A stretch of 64,000 nt of DNA from a candidate division NPL-UPA2 bacterium Unc8. GTDB taxonomy: Bacteria; NPL-UPA2. Positions 38,777-48,053 of the stretch are shown here, piece after piece (the first letter of the stretch is position 1; each line of letters starts with the position of its first letter). The DNA lies in assembly GCA_003574845.1 (NCBI GenBank), contig NDHY01000001.1, positions 9,043 to 73,042 of the forward strand, written 5' to 3'. Both the position numbers and the translations under genes were made by a program. The notes beneath the pieces are model-generated. The model saw only the letters and a program-made list of their open reading frames with translations. It searched no databases and was not told where the DNA came from.

Positions 38777-39751
38777 TTAGCTCTTTGTCTCTTTCACTTT
38801 ATCCTTCAGCGTCGGTATAACCTTAAAAAGGTCACCAACGATGCCGTAGTCCGCTACACTAAAGATAGGTGCTCCGGCATCCTTGTTGATGGCTACTACG
38901 AGTCCGGCGCTTCGCATACCGGAGACATGCTGGAAGCTGCCACTGATGCCAATGGCAAAGTATAGCTTTGGCTTAACTGTTTTTCCGGATTGACCTACCT
39001 GGCGCTCTTTTGGAAGCCACCCTGAGTCAATTACAGGGCGAGAACCAGCAACGACACCACCAACGGTCTCAGCAAATTCATTGATCAGAGGGATGTTCTT
39101 TTCCTCTTTGATGCCGCGGCCGATGGCAACGACGGTGTCAGCCTGGGTAATGTCTACATCACCCACAGCCGCCTCTACGTACTCAAGAAATTTTTTCTCT
39201 TCTATTTCTTCAGTCAAGGGAAAGGCGACAGAAACTACTTCACCCTTTAATGTTCCTTCTTCAGGAGAAAAAATTCCCTGCCTGACCGTGGCAATGTATC
39301 CCTGGCTTTTACAGAAAGAAACCTTTGCATTTATTTTACCGCCATACATCTCGCGAGTGGCGAACAAATTCCCATCTTCTATTGTTAGGTCTGTGCAATC
39401 CGTAATTAGAGGCATGTCCAGCTCTATAGCCAGCCGCGGGGCAAGGTCCATCCCGAAGCCAGTGTGACCAATTAATATCAAGCCCGGGGTATGCTCAGTA
39501 ATTAGGGGAAGAAGTACCTCTAAATAGGTGCTTGAATTAAAATTCTTCAGTTTCTTATCTTCAACAACCAGGACTCGGTTAGCATAAGCAGAGAGCAGTT
39601 TTGTGAAGTCTCCCACCGTCTTACCCAGTAGTACTACATCCAGCTCAGCAGAGGTGGCTCCTGCCAGCTCTTTACCCTTGGTGAGCATCTCCAGAGTAAT
39701 ATCCCTGAGCTTACTTTTCCTGTGTTCAGCCAAAACAAAAATTTTTTCTAT
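38777..39751 (-). CDS. etfA: Electron transfer flavoprotein alpha subunit
   Basis: GSRPVID, QVGQSGKTVKP and GISGSFQH motifs. The N-terminus (M)EKIFVLAEH implies an ATA start at 39751. Confidence 0.92.
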   Translation of the reverse strand: MEKIFVLAEHRKSKLRDITLEMLTKGKELAGATSAELDVVLLGKTVGDFTKLLSAYANRVLVVEDKKLKNFNSSTYLEVLLPLITEHTPGLILIGHTGFGMDLAPRLAIELDMPLITDCTDLTIEDGNLFATREMYGGKINAKVSFCKSQGYIATVRQGIFSPEEGTLKGEVVSVAFPLTEEIEEKKFLEYVEAAVGDVDITQADTVVAIGRGIKEEKNIPLINEFAETVGGVVAGSRPVIDSGWLPKERQVGQSGKTVKPKLYFAIGISGSFQHVSGMRSAGLVVAINKDAGAPIFSVADYGIVGDLFKVIPTLKDKVKETKS

Positions 39752-39806
39752 TTTAAATTACCCCCTTCTAAAATACAGTCTATAGACTGTAGACTATTAG
39801 TAGCCT

Positions 39807-40598
39807 TCAGCCTAACAGTCCTTTGCTTTTTAGGATTTCAGCAAGCTTACCAGATGCCTCCTCAACCGTGCCCGTCAGCATCTCGGCTACCTCACCTACC
39901 TCCGGGATGAACAACTCTTCAATCCTTGTTTTAGATCCGGCTTCTCCCACATCACGAGCAGATAAACCAGTGTCTGACAACCCGAGAACCTTTATCTCTT
40001 TCTTCATTGCATCCCTGATGCCCCTGATGGAGGCGTACCTGGGCTCATTAATTCCTGTCTGGATACTAAGAACCGCCGGTAATTTAATCTCAAGTGCTTC
40101 TCCTTCACCACCTTCTAACTCCCGAGTTACCTTTGCTACTTTATCTTTAATTTCAATGCTGGTTACCAGAGTCGCATGGGGAACCTTTAGCATACTGGCA
40201 AGCATCACTCCTATCTGACCATATCCATTATCACTACTCTGCACCCCGGTCAGCAGAAGGTCAAACTTCATATCCTTGATTACTTCACGAAGGATTCTGG
40301 CAATAGCATAGCCATCTGAGCCATTAAAGGCTTCATCGCTCAGCCGAACTGCAGAATCTGCCCCCTTTGCCAGGCAATGCCTCAGCGTCTCATTGGCAGC
40401 CTCAGACCCAACCATTATTATTATTACTGAGCCACCAAACTTCTCTTTAAGAAGAATGGCCTCTTCAACTGCGTAGTTATCCCACTCATTGATGTCAAAT
40501 ACCAACCGCTCCTCTTTAATACTCCTCCCACCTTCAGCGATGGTAAGCTCTGCCTCAGTTGTCTCGGGAACTCGTTTAACGCAAACAATCATATCCAT
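39807..40598 (-). CDS. etfB: Electron transfer flavoprotein beta subunit
   Basis: VCVKRVP, INEWDNYAVEEA and INEPRY motifs; GGAGGT Shine-Dalgarno. Confidence 0.94.
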   Translation of the reverse strand: MDMIVCVKRVPETTEAELTIAEGGRSIKEERLVFDINEWDNYAVEEAILLKEKFGGSVIIIMVGSEAANETLRHCLAKGADSAVRLSDEAFNGSDGYAIARILREVIKDMKFDLLLTGVQSSDNGYGQIGVMLASMLKVPHATLVTSIEIKDKVAKVTRELEGGEGEALEIKLPAVLSIQTGINEPRYASIRGIRDAMKKEIKVLGLSDTGLSARDVGEAGSKTRIEELFIPEVGEVAEMLTGTVEEASGKLAEILKSKGLLG

Positions 40599-40618
40599 GA
40601 TTACCACCTCCTATTACA

Positions 40619-40790
40619 AAACCCTAAACTCTAAACCCTAAACTCTAAACCCTAAATCCTACCCTGAACTTGATTCAGGGCTAAATAAATTCAAATGTTC
40701 CAAATCCAAATAACCAAAACTACGTCTTGAATTTCGGTCATTTGAGTTTTGAGTTTGTTTCGAGTTTCGAGTTTCGTATTTAGAGTTTAG
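40619..40790. mobile_element. Composite MITE-like element with inverted AAAC(C/T)CT / TTTAG(A/G)G heptamer arms, copy 1
   Basis: Core 40652-40760 is 108/109 identical to 57406-57514. Confidence 0.85.
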
Positions 40791-40795
40791 GCTTC

Positions 40796-40913
40796 TCTGT
40801 GCCTTTGTGCCTTTGTGCCTCTGTGCCTCTGTGCCTCTGTGCCTCTGTGCCTTTCCCGATCCCCGATCCCCGACCCCTGATCCCTGACCCCTGATCCCTG
40901 ATCCCCGACCCCT
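40796..40913. repeat. TGTGCCT(C/T) 8-mer array followed by CCC(C/T)GA(T/C) 7-mer array
   Basis: About 7 and 8 tandem units, directly after the stop of the Fe-S oxidoreductase gene. Confidence 0.9.
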
Positions 40914-40914
40914 A

Positions 40915-42042
40915 TCAGATAGCGCATACCGCCAATTCTACAATATCCATAACCTGAATGGTTTCTTCGTTTCCGGTGGTTTTAGTTGCATCCTCAAGCG
41001 TCAGGAGGCAGAAAGGACAGGAAGTTGCCAGAACCTGAACGTTCATACTGACCGCTTCTTTGACCCGCATCTCTGCCAGGCGCACACCTCGGGCTTCAGA
41101 CTCCATCCACATCCTTCCGCCGCCTCCCTCACAACAGAGGCTTCTCTCTCTGGATCTATCAAATTCTACAAACTTTACTCCAGGGATGCTTGTGAGAATC
41201 TTCCGCGGCTCATCATAGACATTGTTCTGCTTACCCAGGAAGCATGGGTCATGATAGGTGACAACCTTTTCTACCTCTACGGAAAAAGTAAGCTTTTTAT
41301 CCTCAATCAATTTGGCAATAAGCTGAGGATGGGACTGAACCTCAAAATCTACTCCTGTATATTCATTCTTGAAGGAATTGTAGCAATGAGGGGAAATGGT
41401 AAGAATTTGATTTATCTGATGCTTCTTAAAAAGTTCTGAGTTGTCTTCCATCAATATCTCAAACAGGCCCTCTTCTCCTACTCTTTTGCCCTCGCTTCCG
41501 CAGCAGTTCTCTTCATTTCCTAATACCCCGAAGTTAACTTTTGCGCTTTTGAGGATTTTAACTAATGCTTTTGCCACTTCCTGAACTCTCGGGTCAAAGG
41601 AGGCGGTGCAACAAACTGAGAGGAGAAGTTCTGCCTCATCACCATCAGATAAGTTCTTAATATCGGTACCCTCGGTCCACTCAGACCTTTTCTCCCTGAT
41701 TTTTCCCCATGGGTTTCCGTGTTTAAGTGTACTTTCCAGCGCATCCCTGAGCGCTGGTTGCAGGCGGCCTTCCTCAACCATAGCGCCGCGCATGCCCATA
41801 ATTAGGTCAGCAGGCTTTACTCCTTTCGGGCAGAGAATGTTGCAGGTTGAGCAGGTGGTGCAATCCCACAATCTCTTCTTCTCATAGTCTTCTGACTCTC
41901 TCTGAATAATGGTTTTATGCACCATCTGTCTGACATTCAAATGTGCCCTCAGAGATACAGGACACCCTCCCGTGCACTTACCGCATTGCACACACCCCAA
42001 AAGAGAATACTTGTGAATAAAATCTTGATTTAATGTTTCCAT
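40915..42042 (-). CDS. HdrD/GlpC-like Fe-S oxidoreductase (2x4Fe-4S + 2 CCG domains)
   Basis: CVQCGKCTGGCP, CTTCSTCNILCP, ENCCG, YHDPCFL, CCEGGGG and CPFC motifs. Confidence 0.9.
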   Translation of the reverse strand: METLNQDFIHKYSLLGCVQCGKCTGGCPVSLRAHLNVRQMVHKTIIQRESEDYEKKRLWDCTTCSTCNILCPKGVKPADLIMGMRGAMVEEGRLQPALRDALESTLKHGNPWGKIREKRSEWTEGTDIKNLSDGDEAELLLSVCCTASFDPRVQEVAKALVKILKSAKVNFGVLGNEENCCGSEGKRVGEEGLFEILMEDNSELFKKHQINQILTISPHCYNSFKNEYTGVDFEVQSHPQLIAKLIEDKKLTFSVEVEKVVTYHDPCFLGKQNNVYDEPRKILTSIPGVKFVEFDRSRERSLCCEGGGGRMWMESEARGVRLAEMRVKEAVSMNVQVLATSCPFCLLTLEDATKTTGNEETIQVMDIVELAVCAI

Positions 42043-42230
42043 TTTTAACTCTCTTAGGTTTTGAATTTTGCTCTGTTTTGATTACTTAAATTTTTTACTT
42101 TGTGTAGTATTTGAGGCATTAAATCACATTTTCTAACGGGTGGCAAGTTTTTCGGTAGTTTTTTAAGGAAATGAGGAGCAAAGTGACGAATTTTCTTGCA
42201 AGCACAGTTTATTTATGGTAAGTAATAAAA

Positions 42231-42307
42231 GGGTTCAGGGTTCAGGGTTCAGGGTTCAGGGTTCAGGGTTCAGGGTTCAGGGTTCAGGGTTCAGGGTTCA
42301 GGGTTCA
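42231..42307 (+). repeat. Perfect (GGGTTCA)11 tandem array
   Basis: 77 nt, 11 identical units, followed by CTG(A/G)CT(C/T), GAC(C/T)ATT and GCTGAA(A/G) arrays up to about 42495. Confidence 0.97.
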
Positions 42308-42501
42308 AGATTCTGACTCCTGGCTCCTGAATTCTGGCTCCTGACTTCTGGCTTCTGACCCTCATTCACCATAGACCATTGACTATTGACCATTCACCAG
42401 TTACCAACAGAGTAGCGGTGCGACCCCGATTTGCATCGGGGCATGCTTATCGATGATTGTTTCTGAAAGCTGAAGGCTGAAGGCTGAAAGCTGTTAATAA
42501 A

Positions 42502-45500
42502 ATGATTCATTCTCCGTTTGTTCATCTTCACAACCATACCGAGTACAGCCTTCTGGATGGAGCATGCCGTATCTCTGAACTCGTCGCAAGGGCAGTCTCG
42601 GAGAGGATGCCTGCTCTGGCAATCACCGATCATGGAAATCTCTTTGGTGCAATCAAATTTTACCAGGAAGCAATGAAGGCAGGAGTAAAGCCAATAATTG
42701 GTTGTGAGGTTTATGTTGCTCCCAAGACAAGATTTGAGAAAACGGCATCTGGAGCAAGCACCGCAGCGCACCACCTCACACTTTTAGCTCGCAATGAGGA
42801 AGGCTACCGAAATCTGATAAAACTGACTACAGCAGGCTACCTTGAAGGTTTTTACTACCGCCCACGTGTTGATAAGCAGCTTCTTATCAAACATTGCGAA
42901 GGACTAATTGCTCTCAGTGGCTGTTTAAAGGGGGAGATTCCTCAGCTTATTGAGGATAATCAAGTAAAAGAAGCCAGAGAGGTCGCCGGCCAGTATCAGG
43001 AATTGTTCGGAAGAGAGAATTTTTTCCTGGAGATTGGAAGACAGAATATAGAGGGGCAGGTGAGAGTCAACGTCGGGCTTCTGGAGATAGGACAGCGCCT
43101 CTCAATTCCAATTGTAGCAACCAATGACTGTCACTACTTAGATAGGAATGACGCCGAAATACAGGATATCCTTATCTGTATTCAGACTGGAAAGACAATT
43201 TCCGACCCGGGACGGATGAAGTTCTCAACAGATGAGTTTTACTTCCGTTCTGCTGAGGAAATGAAGGCTCTCTTTAATGAGCTCCCCCAGGCGGTCTCAG
43301 CTACGATAGAAATTGCTGAACGTTGTAATTTAGAGCTTTTTTTTGGCAAAAGCAGATTTCCTCATTTCAAGCCTCCTCCCCCTTTTACGCTTAACAGTTA
43401 TCTGAAGAAACTTTGCCATGAGGGACTGGCGGTGCGTTACCCCGAGGGTGGAACTGCGGTTGAGGAGAGGCTTCAGCATGAGCTTGAGGTCATTGAAAAG
43501 GCAGGATACGCGAGTTACTTTCTTATTATATGGGACCTCATTCGCCATGCCCGCAAAAAAGGAATCTCAGTTGGGCCGGGCCGCGGCTCCGCAGGAGGAA
43601 GTCTCATTGCTTACCTCCTGAACATAACAGAAGTTGACCCATTGCTGCACAGTCTTCTTTTTGAACGATTTTTGAATCGTGGCCGCATCAAGCCTCCAGA
43701 TATAGATATTGATTTTGACTATGAGAAGAGAGGTGAGGTTATTGATTATCTGGTAGAAAAATATGGTGACGACAGAGTAGCCCAAATTATCACATTTGGG
43801 ACAATGGCAGCAAAAGCTGCGGTGAGAGATGTTGGAAGAGTGCTTAATATGCCCTATGGCGAGGTGGACAAGATTGCAAGGCTCATCCCCAACGAGCTAA
43901 ATATTACTCTTGCTCAGGCTCAGGAAAAGGAGCCCGAACTTAAAAATCTTGTTGACAATGACGAGCAGGTAGCGCGTCTGATTACTCTTGCCCGTAAAAT
44001 GGAAGGATTTGTGCGACATGCCTCTACTCATGCTGCGGGAGTCGTCATCTCTGAGGAGCCATTGACCAATCTCGTGCCTCTTTTCAAAGCAACAAATAAT
44101 GAGGTAACGACACAATATGATATGAACTCTCTCCTTGAGATTGGGCTCTTGAAATTAGACATCCTCGGATTGAGGACTCTCACGGTAATCAATGACACCT
44201 TCCGTCTCATCAGAGAGACACGAGAAGACGAGCTCGCGCTTCCGCAGATTCCGCTTGACGATAAGAAAACTTTTCAGTTGCTTTCTACAGCCAGGTCGCT
44301 TGGAGTCTTCCAATTAGAGAGCTCCGGGATGCAAGACCTCCTTAAGCGACTTTCCCCAACTAAATTTGATGATATTATTGCCACCATCGGGCTTCACCGG
44401 CCAGGACCGCTTGGTGGGGGAATGATTGATGAATTTATAAGCGGGAAAAAAGGAGTATCTGTAATACGCTACGACCACCCAGCATTGAAACCTATCTTAA
44501 AGGACACCTATGGGGTTATCCTCTATCAGGAGCAGATAATGGGCATTGTCAGTAAACTTGCCGGGTTTACCCTTGAGCAGTCTGACATTCTCCAGCGAGC
44601 AATCAGCAAGAAAATACCGCAAGTTATGGACGAGCAGCGCCAGGCATTCGTTGCAGGGGCGACAGAAAATAAAGTTGAAAAGCGGGTAGCTGAGAAGGTG
44701 TTTGACCTCATCTCCCGATTTGCAGGATATGGATTTAACAAGGCACATGCAACCGCCTATGCCTTGATTGCCTACCAGACGGCATACTTAAAAGCCAACT
44801 ATCCTGTAGAGTTTATGACTGCACTTCTAACCTCAGAAATGGGGAATACGGACAAAATTACCACCTACATTGACGAATGTCGGAGGATGGGAATAAAGGT
44901 TCTTCCGCCTGATGTCAATGAAAGCCAGTTGCAGTTTACAGTAACCAGAGGTGACATTCGCTGTGGTCTGGCGACGGTAAAAAATGTTGGCCGCGGGGCA
45001 ATCCGGTCCATTATCAATGCGAGAGAAAGAAAAGGTAAATTCACCTCACTTCATCAATTTTACAATGAGGTTGACCTTAGATTAGTCAATAAACGAGTTG
45101 TTGAAAGCCTTATCAAGTGCGGCTCATTTGATTCGTTAGGAATATATCGCTCCCGCCTTCTTGCCTCTCTCGGTCAAGCAATAGCATTGGCACAGAATGA
45201 ACAGAGGGCAAGAGAGAAAGGGCAGATGCCACTTTTCTCTACTGAAGAAGGGTCAATAGGTAGTTCTGAGGCATTTCCGGAAATTCCGGAGTGGCCTGAG
45301 GAAAAGCTACTCTCTATGGAAAAGGAGATACTTGGACTCTATGTCACTTCTCATCCGCTGGCAAGATACGATAGCCTTATTAAAAGATATACAACCATGA
45401 CAGGAGCCAACCCTGCCAGTGGCAGGGAAGTAATCATCGGAGGAATAATCGTTAACTTAAAGAAGGTAACAACAAAGAAAAATGGGCAAATGGCAATTTT

Positions 45501-45918
45501 TAATCTTGAAAGCACCAATGGGACAATGCGGGTAGTAGTTTTTCCATTAGCATTTGAGAGATTCTCCTCCTTGATTGTGCCGGATGAGATGGTCTTCGTC
45601 AAAGGGAAAATTGACGCCCGGGAAGAACAGCCTCAGATTAATGCCGATGAGATTATTCCCATCTCAACTGCTGATGAGATGCTGGCAAGGTCTGCTCACA
45701 TAAGATTATGTGAGAGCACATCAAGTGAGGAGCTCCTTGAAGCTCTCAAAGAGATACTGCTTCTCCATTTCGGGGACTGTCCTCTTTATTTACACTTAAT
45801 TACAGAGAATAAAAAAGAAGTGGTGGTTCTTGCTGCCAGCAGATGTAAGCCAACACAGGAGCTGATTACTGAAGTGGAAAAGCTGATTGGGAAAGAAGCG
45901 CTCACATTTAGCACCTGA
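42502..45918 (+). CDS. dnaE: DNA polymerase III alpha subunit
   Basis: FVHLHNHTEYSLLDG, GPGRGSA, PDIDIDF and YGFNKAHA motifs. Confidence 0.97.
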   Translation: MIHSPFVHLHNHTEYSLLDGACRISELVARAVSERMPALAITDHGNLFGAIKFYQEAMKAGVKPIIGCEVYVAPKTRFEKTASGASTAAHHLTLLARNEEGYRNLIKLTTAGYLEGFYYRPRVDKQLLIKHCEGLIALSGCLKGEIPQLIEDNQVKEAREVAGQYQELFGRENFFLEIGRQNIEGQVRVNVGLLEIGQRLSIPIVATNDCHYLDRNDAEIQDILICIQTGKTISDPGRMKFSTDEFYFRSAEEMKALFNELPQAVSATIEIAERCNLELFFGKSRFPHFKPPPPFTLNSYLKKLCHEGLAVRYPEGGTAVEERLQHELEVIEKAGYASYFLIIWDLIRHARKKGISVGPGRGSAGGSLIAYLLNITEVDPLLHSLLFERFLNRGRIKPPDIDIDFDYEKRGEVIDYLVEKYGDDRVAQIITFGTMAAKAAVRDVGRVLNMPYGEVDKIARLIPNELNITLAQAQEKEPELKNLVDNDEQVARLITLARKMEGFVRHASTHAAGVVISEEPLTNLVPLFKATNNEVTTQYDMNSLLEIGLLKLDILGLRTLTVINDTFRLIRETREDELALPQIPLDDKKTFQLLSTARSLGVFQLESSGMQDLLKRLSPTKFDDIIATIGLHRPGPLGGGMIDEFISGKKGVSVIRYDHPALKPILKDTYGVILYQEQIMGIVSKLAGFTLEQSDILQRAISKKIPQVMDEQRQAFVAGATENKVEKRVAEKVFDLISRFAGYGFNKAHATAYALIAYQTAYLKANYPVEFMTALLTSEMGNTDKITTYIDECRRMGIKVLPPDVNESQLQFTVTRGDIRCGLATVKNVGRGAIRSIINARERKGKFTSLHQFYNEVDLRLVNKRVVESLIKCGSFDSLGIYRSRLLASLGQAIALAQNEQRAREKGQMPLFSTEEGSIGSSEAFPEIPEWPEEKLLSMEKEILGLYVTSHPLARYDSLIKRYTTMTGANPASGREVIIGGIIVNLKKVTTKKNGQMAIFNLESTNGTMRVVVFPLAFERFSSLIVPDEMVFVKGKIDAREEQPQINADEIIPISTADEMLARSAHIRLCESTSSEELLEALKEILLLHFGDCPLYLHLITENKKEVVVLAASRCKPTQELITEVEKLIGKEALTFST

Positions 45919-45922
45919 GACG

Positions 45923-46000
45923 GAAATAAGTCGTAAGTAGTAAGTAGAGAGAGATGAAATTGGAAAGCTGAGAGCTGACAGCTGAATGCTGAAAGCTATT
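45923..46000. repeat. Modular repeat spacer after dnaE
   Basis: GAAATAAGTCGTAAGTAGTAAGT block, also at the trxB and pheT ends, followed by GCTGA(N)A heptamers. Confidence 0.85.
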
Positions 46001-46011
46001 AAAGAGGCACT

Positions 46012-47109
46012 ATGAATATTAATGCTTTATTAAAAGTGATGGTAGAGAAAGAAACATCTGACCTTCATCTAAAGGCTGGCTCCCGGCCAACTCTGCGAAT
46101 TGATGGAAAGCTGCTTCCCATTGACGTTCCTCCATTGTCTGTCAGCGAGATGGAAGAGATAACCTCAACTATCCTGAATGAGAAGCAAAAAAAGGAGTTC
46201 TTTTCCAAAAAGGAGATTGATATCGCTTACTCAGCGCCAAAGTTGGGCCGTTTCCGCACAAATATTTTCTTTCAGCGGGGGAGTATTTCCATCGCGATGC
46301 GTCGGGTGAAGACAGAGCTTCCCACTTTTGATAATCTCCATCTCCCGCCGGTTTTTGAAAAGATATCTGCCATCAAAAAGGGATTTGTTCTCATTACGGG
46401 CCCAACCTCCAGCGGAAAATCAACTACTCAGGCAGCAATAATTGGGTATCTAAACTCTCATTATCGCTGTCGCATTATAACAATTGAGGACCCGATTGAG
46501 TTCCTTCACAGAGACAATAAAAGTATGATCAGCCAACGAGAAGTAGGAATTGACACTGAATCTTTCACTGCGGCGATGCGCCATGCAGTTCGCCAGGACC
46601 CTGATGTAATCCTGATTGGGGAAATGCGCGATCCAGAAACCTTTTCAATAGCAATGACCGCTTCTGAGACGGGGCATTTAGTGGTAAGCACTCTTCATAC
46701 CGCAGATGTAGCACAATCTCTGATGCGACTTTTTGACTTTTTCCCTCCCTCGCAACATGAACAGGTCAGGTCCCTTCTGGCAATGAACTTAAAGGCCCTC
46801 ACCTGTCAACAGTTGGTGAATAGAGCTGATGGAAAAGGGCTTGTTCCAGCAGTTGAGGTGATGATTACTACCCCACCGGCTATCAAGCTTATTCGAGAAA
46901 ATCGGTTTGAGAAGATTCCTCTTGTGATTCAGAGTGGGGAGCACGAGGGGATGCAAACTTTTAATCAATCGTTACTAAAGCTGGTCAAGAGTAAGATGAT
47001 CACTGAAGCAGAGGCGATGGCAAAGTCCCCAAATCCAGATGCTCTGAAGATGAACATTAAAGGCATCTATCTGGATGAGGAAAGAAAGATAATCGATGAT
47101 TTGACATAA
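46012..47109 (+). CDS. PilT/PilU-family type IV pilus retraction ATPase
   Basis: SDLHL, GPTSSGKST, TIEDPIE, RQDPDVILIGEMRD and GMQTF motifs. Confidence 0.92.
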   Translation: MNINALLKVMVEKETSDLHLKAGSRPTLRIDGKLLPIDVPPLSVSEMEEITSTILNEKQKKEFFSKKEIDIAYSAPKLGRFRTNIFFQRGSISIAMRRVKTELPTFDNLHLPPVFEKISAIKKGFVLITGPTSSGKSTTQAAIIGYLNSHYRCRIITIEDPIEFLHRDNKSMISQREVGIDTESFTAAMRHAVRQDPDVILIGEMRDPETFSIAMTASETGHLVVSTLHTADVAQSLMRLFDFFPPSQHEQVRSLLAMNLKALTCQQLVNRADGKGLVPAVEVMITTPPAIKLIRENRFEKIPLVIQSGEHEGMQTFNQSLLKLVKSKMITEAEAMAKSPNPDALKMNIKGIYLDEERKIIDDLT

Positions 47110-47121
47110 AAGGAGAGAAAA

Positions 47122-47703
47122 ATGAGAGATAGAAAGTTAGAAGAAAGAATTAAACTTCTTAAGGAATTTATTAATGAATGGGTAAAGTTCCGTAGCTTTC
47201 TGAAAATCGGCGTAGCAGGAAAAGCCTCACCTGAGAGAGAAGAAGAATTTATGAAGCTCAAGAGTCTGATTGCGCGCAAATATCAATATCTAACAAGCCT
47301 TATGGGTGAAAGCTTTTCTGCTGATGAGAAACTGATGAATATCGTCTCCCGCGTTACCTCGCTCAAGCAAGTAGCAGAAATAGCGCCTGAGGTCGGACAG
47401 CGCGGTATTGAAGACGAATGGCATTCCTCATTCATTCGCCTTAATGGGAATCTTGGCGAGATGGAAGGTGAACGGGCAAAGTTGGCAAAGGTTTCTCGGA
47501 TAGGCATTGCCCTGAGTCGGATGTGTCCCCCGATGGGAAGATTTTTGAAATCTCTTGGAAAGGCAGTTCTTATCTTCCTGACGATTGCAGTTATCCTGTT
47601 TGTTGGAAGCTATTTCCTCGACAGAGAAGGAAGAGAGACTTTCTCTGACTGGACACGAGATAGAGCAACGGACGTTTCTGATTTTTTTCGGCAGACTTTT
47701 TGA
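47122..47703 (+). CDS. Hypothetical protein with a C-terminal TM helix
   Basis: AGGAG Shine-Dalgarno; operon-like spacing. Confidence 0.75.
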   Translation: MRDRKLEERIKLLKEFINEWVKFRSFLKIGVAGKASPEREEEFMKLKSLIARKYQYLTSLMGESFSADEKLMNIVSRVTSLKQVAEIAPEVGQRGIEDEWHSSFIRLNGNLGEMEGERAKLAKVSRIGIALSRMCPPMGRFLKSLGKAVLIFLTIAVILFVGSYFLDREGRETFSDWTRDRATDVSDFFRQTF

Positions 47704-48032
47704 CAGAGAGACTGACAGGAAAAACCATGGAACCCTTACCAATTAAATCTGTATTAAGTGAGGTCTGGAAGAATTTAAAAATCAAGGACAAGTTAGAAGT
47801 AGCAGGAATCTGGGAGAATTGGGCGGAGTTGGCAGGAGAAGAGACCGCCGCCCATACCAAACCATCGGCACTAACTCAGGAGGGCAGGCTTTTTGTAAAT
47901 GTGGTTAGTCCAACATGGGCTGACCACTTAAATCGGTTTAAAAAGGACGAAATACTTGAAAAAATTAACGGCTTTTTAGGGAAAAAGGTGGTCAGAGAGA
48001 TATTTTTTTCCATTGGAAGCTTTGAAGAATAA
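47700..48032 (+). CDS. DUF721/DciA-family protein
   Basis: W..LAGE..AAHTKP...LFVNV.SPTWA pattern; start may be ATG 47727. Confidence 0.8.
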   Translation: MTERLTGKTMEPLPIKSVLSEVWKNLKIKDKLEVAGIWENWAELAGEETAAHTKPSALTQEGRLFVNVVSPTWADHLNRFKKDEILEKINGFLGKKVVREIFFSIGSFEE

Positions 48033-48053
48033 TGTCAAATCAGCTGTCAGCCT

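Noticed and set aside
42231-42307. Eukaryotic telomere contamination (GGGTTCA, TTTAGGG)
   Set aside because: The arrays are short, internal and joined to other heptamer families between bacterial genes.
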